Assembly: GCA_905178155.1 (NCBI GenBank)
Contig: CAJINV010000020.1
Span: forward strand, 868,001-932,000
DNA from: Amoebophrya sp. A120
Taxonomy: Eukaryota; Protista; Dinoflagellata
Length of the DNA stretch: 64,000 nucleotides
Direction of reading: 5' to 3'
Shown here: in pieces, positions 11,982 through 22,766 of the stretch
How the letters are laid out: every line of letters begins with the position of its first letter
Position numbering within the stretch: position 1 is the stretch's first letter
Notes under the pieces: model-generated
Seen by the model: only the letters and a program-made list of their open reading frames with translations
Told to the model about the DNA's origin: nothing
Databases searched by the model: none
Program-made: the position numbers and the translations under genes

Positions 11982-13828
11982 TCACCCATGACGACCACAT
12001 GGAGCTGTTCGTGCTGCTCCAGCCACGGAAGGTAAAAAGGATATTTCAGGTTTATTTGCCCGTAGTTCCCGCACCTCGCAGCGTTTCACCGCTAGCACAT
12101 CGCGTTGCAAGTACTGCATTGGCATCCTTTTCGGGGTTTCTGTAGTGCACGAAAGATCTGGCTCTTGATAAGGTTCGAACGAGACCGCGACAAGCGAAGC
12201 CGAAGAACCTGCTCCCCCGACGTTAACATCAAAGTTCTTGAAGCTAAACCCTTCGCCAATCAGAAATGGCGGAGTGTTAGACAAAACATCAGCCTTACAA
12301 CCACCGCCGTCATGATCACCTCCTTCACCATTCTTCGATGCCAGTAAGCTGTTCGGAAGAATTTTCCGCACATCCGCTATGGATGTGTCAGGATCGAAAT
12401 CGACAAAATCGAAAAATTTGTGATGCATAAAATGTAGGGCGCGCGAGGCCTGTATTGGGGAGCAGGCAAATGAGACCGATTGTGAGCCTGCTTAGGGGTA
12501 TGCAATGTGTTGCCAGAGTAGCATGACAGGAGCAGTCTGCTTTGCCCAAACAGCATGACAGACTGGATTTTGGTGGTCCCGAAATTTGTAATGCGCCACT
12601 TGGAAACTAAGGCTCCAACTGGCATCGATTTTGTGCATCGCAAATTTTTCGACTTTGTCGATTTCGATTCTGACACTTCCATATCCGCTTCCGACAAGTC
12701 GTTTTCCCGATCCAGACCGAACAACAGCCGGTGGTTCATCATGCCGCCTCCAGACGTCTCCCTTTCCACGCTGACCTGGTTGATCAACAAAACGCGCATT
12801 TGCGGGAACGTGTTTCGCAGAAACTCACACGCATCGTTCGTCAGATACGCCCAGTGAGTAGTCCGGAGACGATGTTGGTGCTGTTTCAGTATTTCGGTGT
12901 TCTTCACTGCAGCGTCTTCGCCTTCACCGCTCGCTTCGGGTTCGCCATCGCCGGCTTCCACAAAGTTGGAAAGGGTATTGTCATCCGTTAGAACTTCCTT
13001 GTCACACACGTCGATGCAAACGCAGACAGCGTTTTCAAGAGCATCAGTTTGACTTTTGTTTATTTCCGTCCCGTCTGACACACCAGGACCTCCGAAGATC
13101 GCCTCCCGCAGGTGCGTTTCTTTTATGAGCGGCTCTGTGCGTTCCGGTTTTAGTTCTCCGTCTGGGCCAAAAAGATCTTTCTCGTCCGGTGTGAAGATGT
13201 AGCGATAGGTTTCAGACTTTTCGCTCGAACTAGTGCGAAAGGACACCACGCGTGCTGTCGGGAGAGAAGTTGCTGGGTCCGTGCCCTGTGCATTCTGGTC
13301 TTGTGCAAGAGCGGGGTTTTCCACAGCATCCACGTCTTCAATCGCAACTCCAACTTTCGTTTTCTCGAAGTCCCTTATTCTCAGGAATAGACCGGGAAGT
13401 TCGTTATGCCGCAATCCGGCACCGGCATGTGTCTGATGTAGACTTTGTTCTGTAGAAAACTCCGAAAGAACTTGACCCAAGACCAAGGTTGCGAAGTTGG
13501 GTTGTGGCGACGCAATGTCTAATATGTCAGCGGTTTCAGACGAAGTTTCTGCTGCTATGTGGCCCGCAACTTGTTTTTGCGGTTGTTCTTCCGCTCCGAG
13601 AAGCGCCTTGTCGACGAAATCGAAAGGAAGAATGTGCGCTACACATTCCAGATGCGAGCCATTGAGGTGTGGGTTGAGCCAGTTCGCACGTGTGCGGCAG
13701 TTGCAACGGAAAAAACCAAATCTGGCGCTGGGTACCGCCATCAACTCCAAATCCATGCGGTCGCTGCAACCGAAAAACGGAATGGACTCTCCGAGCCCGA
13801 GAGTCACTGCTGTCGATGCGGAGGCCAT
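11982..13828 (-). CDS. Cyclase/kynurenine formamidase-like metal hydrolase
   Basis: NPHLNGSHLECVAH (H..G[ST]H.[DE]..H), AYLTNDACEFL, INQVSVE..NHRLL, LIGEG. Removing insert 12378-12683 gives LSEAD|VRKIL. Confidence 0.6.
12378..12683. mobile_element. Introner family D
   Basis: TATGGATGTGTCAG..CTGACACTTCCATA; TSD TCCGC. Confidence 0.9.
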
Positions 13829-14329
13829 GGTAAAACAAGCGGCCGGTGATCCGACGAGGATGAATTGCGCCAACGTACTCGTTTTAATTTTGCCCGAAGC
13901 TCTCCTGACGAGCGCCAGCGATGGCGGTAACTAAAGGATCGCCGATTTGAAGCAGTCTAGTTCTAGGCACAAACTAACATATTCATAGTGCTGAAGTGCC
14001 CCTTTTTATGTGGAGTTGATCCTGCTTTTATTCTAGTATCTTCCTTGGGCGTACTTCTGGCCTAGTCATTGACGATGGTTGTGACGCATTCGGCCAACAT
14101 TCCTTCTAGCTCGGAATGTTGCCGCTGCAAGAACAGCTTCGAGGCCACGTTTAAGTTTATGCGTACTTACGCTTGCTGCTGCTGGGATGCTGAAAAACGA
14201 GACGGAGGCGGGGGAACACAACACAGACAGACCAACAACTGCTTGGCAAGCGGGGCCACCACGTTGACCAGCTCGGCCTTAATGGGTGACGCCGTTAGCT
14301 TAGGTAGGAATACGAATATGAATGTATGA

Positions 14330-15830
14330 GAAAAACAACCGCGGCGAGCACGGTGTCCAATCTTTGCCCAACCACCAACCGCAGAGTAATCCGCCGGACG
14401 CCGGGCGAGCCCCGCTGCGCGCATCTGCCGGGGCGTTCCACGCGCCTTGCCCCCTCGGCCACAAGACTCGGGCCCGGGCTTTGCGCGCAATACTTTCGTG
14501 CGAGGGCGGGCGCCACCCACCAGTCACTGACTATGTATCGCAGCGGCACCATGACAACCAACCAGAAGGAACCGGGCATCCAGGCGGGCGGGCTGATACC
14601 TTGCGAACACAACCGCCACGGGCCCGCCGGCGGGCGGGCCCACTGCGGGGGCCGGCGGACGCCTGCGTCCCCCACAGGGGGGGCTGGCGCCTTCGCACGC
14701 GCGGGCAGTTTGGCCGGCCCAAGATAGACTGACGGAGGGCGGGAAAGGCGCCGCGCGCCCTCCCACAAAACTACGCCGGAACCCCACACACCACCCAGAG
14801 AGGGGCGGAGGCGAAGAAGGAAACGAGCGGAGCGGGCCGGGCCGGCCGTTCTTGTGCTGGCGGCTGGGGCGCGCAGCTCGCCACGCCTTTGCCTTTGGCC
14901 TTGCATCCAGCCTGCCGGGCATCCAGTCTTTCTCGGCCGACCGCGCCCCTCCCTCGTAATAAAGGGCGGGCGCGCCCCCCCGCCCCCGATGCGGCCCTGC
15001 CCGCCGGCCCCAAGCGCCCCGAAAGAATTCCCGCGGGGGGGGCCAATGCCCCACGCGGGCGGGCCACCCAGCTGCGCAGGGAGGCCGCGGGCCCTCCGGC
15101 CGCGTGCCTGCGGGAGCGGGGGGGGCCGGAAGAGGGGGCCGGGCGCTTCAGCCACAACACGCGCGGGCCCGCTTTCGGAGTCCGGAACTCGGACTGAAAC
15201 TCTTCACCCCATGCAAGGGGGGCTGCCGAAACACGCAGCGCCGCCCGCCGGTGGGTAGGCAATACGCCCGAAGGGCGGACTGCGCTAGGCACGTCACGGC
15301 GCCCTTGGCCTGTCTCCTCTGCGGGTTGAAAAAAAAATTAATAAAGGGGGGAGCCGGCGAAGCGGTGCCCCGCTAAAGCCTACGGCTGCGGACCAGAATG
15401 AACGCCGTCCCTCGGGCGCTTGTGGGGCGCGGGACCTCGGGCCGCGCAGAGTGCCCACGCATGTGCACTACGCGCAGGGGGGCGCGCCGCCGGGTTCATG
15501 CAGCTTGCTGGATGGCCCGGCCAGGAGATCGCGCCGGCGGGCGTTCCTCGGAAGGGGTCGGCGCTATATACTTCGCGCGACACCTTCGCCGCAGGCTGGC
15601 GCAGGCCACCAGAAAGCCACCGCCACGCCCTCGCAGAGCTCTCGCGCCGAGGCGCCGCGAATCGGTAACCCCCGAACCCCGCCACCTTCGGGCGCCGGGT
15701 CGGCCATCGCTCCGCAAAGCGGCGGACCCGGGTAAACACCCCGGAGCATTCCAAAGCAAGGGGGCCCCCGCTGCTTGTCGGTGCAGAGAGGTTTTGCAGT
15801 ACAAACGGCCGCACCAAGCGCAAGTAGAAC
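14330..15830. other. GC-shifted intergenic island 1
   Basis: Abrupt enrichment in GC/CG steps and G/C runs; no recognisable protein. Confidence 0.75.
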
Positions 15831-15832
15831 AA

Positions 15833-16430
15833 GAGCGGAGTAACAACTAGGCCAACTAACTCGGGATCTCAAGTGCGAAAGTTTTTCTATATAGCGACAC
15901 CTCTGACCGGAGCCGACGACTCCGGTCAGAGGTGTGCTTTGAAAACGTCTTGACAACATATGCAATTCGCGCGGTTTTGCGCATAATTTTTGTGTTTTCG
16001 GTAAAAAACTCGCTTCATAGGAAAGCGTGTGAAGTTGTTGGGCTTCATAAATGTTAGCTTCGCGGCAAGGAATTTTCGCCATGACAAAGCAGGCACCGGG
16101 TGCGTTGCCAAGAAAGCGAAAACGTTGCCCCGCCGATTTTCAAAAAAGGGCCCAAAAGCAAAAATAGTATGCACAAAAGCACAAATCTGCATAGGGTTTT
16201 TCTGCTGTAACCAACCGGCTGTGCGCTCGCCGACCCTTGCCAGCACGAGTTGCCTGCTCGCTACTCGCCGCCACGAGTTACGTGGCTAGGTAACTCGTGG
16301 CGACCAGTCTCGGCCGCCCGAAAAACTTTCGCACTTGAGATCCCGAGTTAGTCGTCCGGCCGATCGGATTCGGCCGGCCGGACGACTAACTCGGGGACCC
16401 GAGTTAGTTGCCCTAGTTGTTACTCCGCTC
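15833..16430. mobile_element. MITE with ~55-bp TIRs and 3-bp TSD (CAA), PIF/Harbinger-like
   Basis: GAGCGGAGTAACAACTAG..CTAGTTGTTACTCCGCTC; CAA at 15830-15832 and 16431-16433; internal hairpins. Confidence 0.8.
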
Positions 16431-17021
16431 CAACAAAAAGCGTCAATGACAACAGACTGCGACCGCGACCTGCGGACGTGGTGTCGTGGTTCCACGAACA
16501 CGATAAAGCATTCTCTACATTCATCTTCTTAAGCGCTGCGACTCATCTTAATCGCAACCCTTGCTTTCCTTTTTAATAATGCGGCGACCCGAGGAGACGC
16601 TAACATTGAGATTGACGTGGTGATTACTTACCAGTGTCATCATGAATTAGTTCTATTCAGCTTATGCTTAGGTATACAAAACTTTCCCAACAGGGCTATG
16701 ATCATACAAGAATGACATCAATTCATAGTGGTCTTGGTGATATTTTTTTTTCTTTTTCGGTGCTTCATATTTCTTCATTTACATTTCTATTCCGGCTAGC
16801 CGCCAAGTATATGAATGTGGTCATCAATTTTTTATACTATTATCTTCATCGCAAATTCTGAATATATGCATATATACACGCAAAAGACAATGATCAGTGA
16901 CATGTTGCAAGAGCGGAATTTTCGTCCAGCACTTGCTCAAATACAGACTCAACAACAACTACAGTATGCAGCGAAAATGTACTCCTGCAACTTAAGTACT
17001 ACGTTCTCCCTGTCACATTCC

Positions 17022-20000
17022 TCAATTCCCACCCGTCAGCAGGGTTTTCGACGCCAGGTCCTCCGCAGATCCCGCAACCGCCTTACCGCCACTACTTCCA
17101 AACAAACCCTCCGCCACTTCTCGCTGTTTCGAATTTTGCTTCGACGAGAGCGGCGTCGCCCCAGAAACGTACTCCTTCGACCGTTTTTTCGACTCGTTCC
17201 CCATGGCATGTAGAAATTCGCCGACGGTCAAGCAGTGGATGATCCCGTCGGTATCGCCGATGAAGCAGTTGTCACAGTCCGCATCCAGCGTCAACGTCGT
17301 GATCTTCGGAATTTCGGCACCGGCAGCGGCGGGGTTGTCTTGGTCGGTTGTTAAGTTTTCATGTTCGTACTCGGCGACGACATCTCCTGTCTTCCGGTTC
17401 AGAATCCGCAAAGTGGAGGAAGCCGTGGCGAGGATGTAGTTGGACCGTCCGGAGAAGCAAACGCTGTTCACACCACAGTTGTTCGTCGACTCGTTTAATA
17501 CTTTCTGCTCTTTGTCTTCATCCGCCCCCTCGTTATTTTCCAAACTCTGCGGCCAGGTAAAGGAGGCGAGCAGTTGCATGTTGGTTTCGTTGTCGTTTTC
17601 CAAATCCTCATCCAGAGTTTTATTCCGGTTCTTCGACGGCGTTTTGCTCGGCGAGGAGCCTTTACTCGGGGATTTCTTCATTTCCGGAACTACCGGGGAG
17701 GAAACCAACATGGAAGTCGTTGTTGCACCAACATGGAGGAAACCAACATGGAGGAATTTGCTAGGAATTTGCTTGGAATTCTAAGCAACTTTTCCGCATT
17801 TTGTCTGGAATTTGTTTGGAATTTCGCTCAGAGAATTCTGGAGTTTCGTCATAGCGTCGCGACTGGCAAATTCCAGATAAATTCCAAATGAATTCCAAAC
17901 AAATTTCTTACAAAAGGAAAACAAAAAGAAAATAAATTTCTGGCAAATGTCAAACAGAGGGAACCCAGAGGACTAACACGACCTCCGACCTAGGTCGCGA
18001 CCTAGGTCGCGACCCACCCGGAAGCAACCACAAGACAGCACAAGAACTCTTCCAAAGTCCAGGACACAAGTATCCGATATGGCACGACACCCAAGCGGCA
18101 CACTCCGCCACCGGGTGCCAGAATAGGTCCAGCAGACGAAAAAGCTACAGCTTTGCCCTGCGTGGGTAGTTCGGGTCCAGGGCTGCGAATAATTGGCACA
18201 AGATATAAGCTTCATGCTATGGGGATTCGACTACCCTCAACAGCACGGCGTTGTTGTCTGTTTCCTCACGCTTGCTATCATTGGCCCCCATATTTGGACA
18301 GAACAAGACGCGGGTAGTCTACCACGATAGCCTGCGCCCGAGAACACGCCGACTGCTGTCCCTGCGAAAACATCTTTCACACAGCGACCGCGCGGATGTT
18401 AGCTACGCTGCGGCTCCGGCGCTAAGAGTTTTTTTTTCCCCGAGAAATTCCACGAAATTCCGCTCAAATTCCCTCATCGGATGCGCCAGAGCGTATATTT
18501 CCGGAACTACCGGGGAGGAAACCAACATGGAAGTCGTTGTTGCAGCACTACCAAGACCACTGCTACCGTTCGTTTTGTTCAAATCCCAGATTTGAATGGC
18601 TTTCCGCGGGTCGTAGCTCCCGGTCAAGAGTTCCAGCCCGTGAAAGCCGTAGTCGATGCCGTCCGCACCGACCGTCGGACCGTACAGGACTTTGATCGGT
18701 TGCTCCTTCAGGAGACTTATGAAATGCAAAAGCCTCGTACTGGTATCCATTGCATTACAAAGGTTTTCAAAAAGAAAAGTGACATTTGTAATGCTGATTT
18801 GCCTAATATGGGTAATCTGTCATGCATGATTGCAATTACAACTACGAGTGCGATACTTTTGCACAGGATAAGATCCCACAGATGGACGAGATTGTCCATG
18901 CCCGCGGACAGGAGCAAGTTTATCATTGGTAAAAACCTCCCCGCCCCATAGTTGTAACGCAATTCTGCATGCTGAAGATGTTTCTCATGCGGAGCCCCAT
19001 GAGAAGCGCTTTCTATTCGTGATTCGGAGTTTGTCGCGCTCCAATCAGCATGATGCGCTAGGTTTGCGATGCTGGTGAAGTAGCTAAACAGGATCACACT
19101 ACGAGGCCAGATTTGTCATGCGCAACAGCCAAGCCTTGTGGATTTGTCTAGCAGATTTCCCGTCTTGACTATGGGGTGGGGACGTTTTTACCCAGGATAA
19201 AGTTCACGTCCGTGTTGTGGTACCGGAGCGCCACGATGCTGCTGCTGTGCCCGGACTTGTGGGTCTCGGTGCGGGATTCCAGTGTGGTCCGCAACTCGCC
19301 GTAGCTGTAGCTCGCGTCGTACACCCGGACTTTCCCGTCCGCCCCCCCGGTCGCGAACGACCGGCCCTTGCGGGCGAAATCGAGCACCTGCGTGGCGTTG
19401 TTCAGCTCGGTCAAGCGAGAGAGCTCCCGGTCCGGGATCCGGTGCCCGCTCGCGGTCAGCTTCGCCTTGCTCGGCGAGGAGAGTGCGGGCTTCGCCTCCG
19501 CGGTTGAACTGCAGTCCCAGAACTGGACCAAGCCGTCGTCCGCGGGAGAGACCGAGATCAGCACATTGTCGTCCTTCCACCGCAGCATCGTGATCGGAAA
19601 CCGCATCTGCTCGGTGACGGCTTGATCTAAAAAATCCACCTCCTGTTGCTTAAAATTGCGGACGACGGCGTTCAAGACAGTGGTGTTTTCGCCGTCTTTC
19701 ACGTTGAACAACCGGATCTCGCCGTCACCATACGAAACAGCAACGCGGTCCTGTTTGCCGGGGCAGAGCTGGAGGCAGAAAACCTATTTAGTTTGATTGA
19801 TTTGGGATTTGTCCAATTCGATTTTTATCTTCATCTTCGAGCAACAGTAGAGGCTTCTCGAGCTCGACACACAACCACAAAGACTGACCTATTTACTTTT
19901 GTGCACCCGCTCATCAACTTGAACTTACCTTCTGATCCAAGGGCACCGCAGTGCCGCGACGGCTGTCCTTGGACAACGTGCGACTTCGTTTGCTGATCCG

Positions 20001-20060
20001 GCCGCCGGCTCCCACGGGAGCCTTCACGCCGGACCATCGGACGGAAACAGGTTTGCTCAT
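17022..20060 (-). CDS. WD40-repeat protein
   Basis: FATGGADGKVRVYD, SGHSSSIVAL, LLSAGMDNLVHLWD, IQIWDL. GT-AG intron 19928-19784; inserts 18921-19199 and 18718-18870; large insertion 17728-18496. Confidence 0.85.
17680..18544. repeat. ~770-nt insertion bracketed by a perfect 48-bp duplication of WD40 coding sequence
   Basis: 17680-17727 = 18497-18544; GGAATT arrays near both ends. Confidence 0.85.
18718..18870. mobile_element. Introner family A
   Basis: TATGAAATGCAAAAG..TTTTGCACAGGATA; imperfect TSD AGACT/AGATC. Confidence 0.85.
18921..19199. mobile_element. Introner (singleton family)
   Basis: TATCATTGGTAAAAAC.TCCCC.CCCCATAG IR; TSD AAGTT. Confidence 0.9.
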
Positions 20061-22766
20061 TCTTATGTGCGAAAGATTGTGAGGACACTAATGTCGCTGC
20101 TGAGCGAGGTGAATGTTGATGTAGTTTTGCGGATAATATCCTCTATCGGAGTACCTTCTACTAAACTTGGAGCAGGACCACGTTTCAGAAAAGCCTTTCG
20201 AAATACTCTTGAAGGACTACCAGAAGACACCTACTTCTTGCAAGACTTATACGAATAGAAGAACCGAAGTCTTGAACTCCATCGAGTTTTACCTTTGATT
20301 TCAAGAAAATATACAAAGCTAATACTCCCTATTTCCAAACTCGCCGTCGACCAGGGACGCAAAGCATACTTTACATACTTACAACCTACTCTGTGCAAAA
20401 CCGGAACCAAAATCAAAAAAAGAATCGCAGCCGAATTTAACAAATTTACTGAACCAAAATCAGAAAAAACGAGAAAAAAAAACCGATGAAGGAGGAAGAA
20501 AAAAAGAAGAAACTTAGAAAGTATGGGACGTCCTGCTCGCGAAGCTAGGAATAGGATGCACTAGTGCCTGAACGACTCAAGTTTGAACAACTGGCTGTTA
20601 TTCCTGCTGCCGGGCGAGCTGTACTTAGCTCCTGCTCAAGTAAGAGTTTAGTCGCGGCTTTGACGACCTTTGTTCGCAGTTTTCTTGAAATTATACAGCA
20701 TAGCCATAGGCTTCCGCTTGACCCTTTTTACAGTTGGAGTTGTGTCGACCAGAACTTGTACTTTCATTTACCTTAACCTTCCCGAGCAACCAATGCATCA
20801 TACTTCTCATGACTTGCCGAACGTAGGAGTTGGCAAATCCCCACATTATTGCGTGCTTCGATGTGCCGCTTTTGCAGATCTTCAACGTGTTCTTGAGTGT
20901 TGTTGCGCTTTCCGTTTTTTTTTTGATGTAATTTGTAGTTCTAATTCAACTTCTATCTGCACTTTTTGTATTTGTACTAATATCCGATGGTGGATAATCA
21001 TTACCACAGCCCTCCGGACTCCTGTGACGAAAAAAAATGGTGAGTCTTTCATCACCCCCCCATACTAGTTACTTGTTAAGTTTTAATTTGAATATCAATG
21101 CATGTGGTGTGACCGTTATCTTTTAGCGCCATTGATGTCCAATCAATACGATTGGAAATCATGGAATTGCAGCTGCTCTCTGAAGATGCATGCTTTTCAT
21201 CCGTCGAGTACAACGGAAAATCGCTATTGCAAGAATCTTCACAAGATGGATGGTGGAAAAAGATTTTTGTGCTGCTGGGTAGATGGTGCCTGATAGACTT
21301 CATTTTCATCATCAAACTGCATACTTGCGTAGTTCTTGCGCATGACTCGTAGCCAGAAACAACTAAGCACAGGCAATAAAATACCTCATAATGGTCATGA
21401 TAATGATAGTACTTTCACAACGAGCATACAAGAGCAAGGTTTTCATTTGATGAAAAAATCAACGGTGCCGCTCCTTGTTCATTCACTGAGAAAATAAAAC
21501 GGCCCTTCATGACAGCAGTAGAAACAGCAGAATGATGATGCACACTTTTACAAAGTGAAATACAGATTTGATTCTATTTGAGGTGACTTTTTGATGTCTG
21601 AGGGCAAAGTAAAAATGCTGTGTTCTTTACTTTATTCTGCGGCATTAGGAGTTGGAGTTGTGTTGTGTGCTTAAGAGCGTGAGCAAAACCAAAAAGGTCA
21701 TCAAGAGATGTTGGCTTCGCTTGGGTTAGTGGTTGTCAACAAGAAGGGGCTTTCTTATTGGAAGGTGGTGTCCGCCTTCTGCAGGTCATTCAGTCGTTGA
21801 TATTTGTGCTAGTGTTACTCTTACTGAAATACAGGCCAATCATGTCGTAATGAAAAGATGGCTGATGTTCTTGGCGAGAGCGACAAATCTGTAGAACCCA
21901 TTGACATGATATCTGTGTGCCTGAACACCACTACTCGACTACTTCCCAAAATGAACCTTGAGAGCCGCGAGTAGGAGCTTTTGCATCAAGAAAGGCTACT
22001 AGTAGGGAAGTGGGAGGAGCACGAGCATAATTACGGAATCCTGTCTCGATGACGATGATGTAAACAGGAGCTGTTCATGGTGGGTAATGTCCACTAGAAG
22101 TACTGCTGCTAGATCATTCCGCTGGGTGCTAGTGCTCCTCCATGGCACCAAAAAAAAGGAACTGCGCGGCAGATCCCCCCATTTTTACTTCTCCATATTT
22201 CGTCATATTATGGCTGTCGGCTGGATATGAAAGAATACTAAGGATCTATCTTCTTAGAAGATATGCAAGCCGTTTCCGAAAATACTTGCTTCTTGCCATA
22301 GAAAGCAAATTCGGCGATGAAGCTTGGCGTTTGCGACGACATCACTACGGGTTCCTGCGGTTGTCCGACAAGGTCAAGGTACGACCGCGTACTACTAGTT
22401 GTGCCGATTTATTCTGCGCGAGCTCGGCAGCATCAAACTTGGTTGAAAAAAGGATAAAAAAACTACGCTGAACGCGCCCGTCACCCCAATGGCCGTTCAA
22501 CGAAGTAGTTAATATTCATTGCATTTTTCGACATGATTCATTTCGGACACGCCGACATTTGCTATGCTACAATGATAATCTTGGGAAAAGAATAAAGTGA
22601 CAGAGTTCTATAGTGACTTAATACTTCTTCTTCACGTGTTGTTTGCTAAATTCAAATGTACTTAATAGATTTATCCGATGTCGCTCTTGTCGCGTTCGCT
22701 TTTGTAGCTGGTCTTTTTGAGAGATAAATAACCTCCGAAGGTCCTTCACTAGCCTGACCACTATGT

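Noticed and set aside
14094-14122. Small hairpin CAACATTCC..GGAATGTTG
   Set aside because: A 9-bp stem could arise by chance in 64 kb.
14295-15850. Many long overlapping Arg/Gly/Pro/Ala ORFs, or an rRNA/ITS, in GC island 1
   Set aside because: The ORFs reflect stop-codon scarcity at high GC; no protein or rRNA motif is recognisable.
20100-22700. Short ORFs in a long intergenic stretch
   Set aside because: No coherent gene model or recognisable domain.
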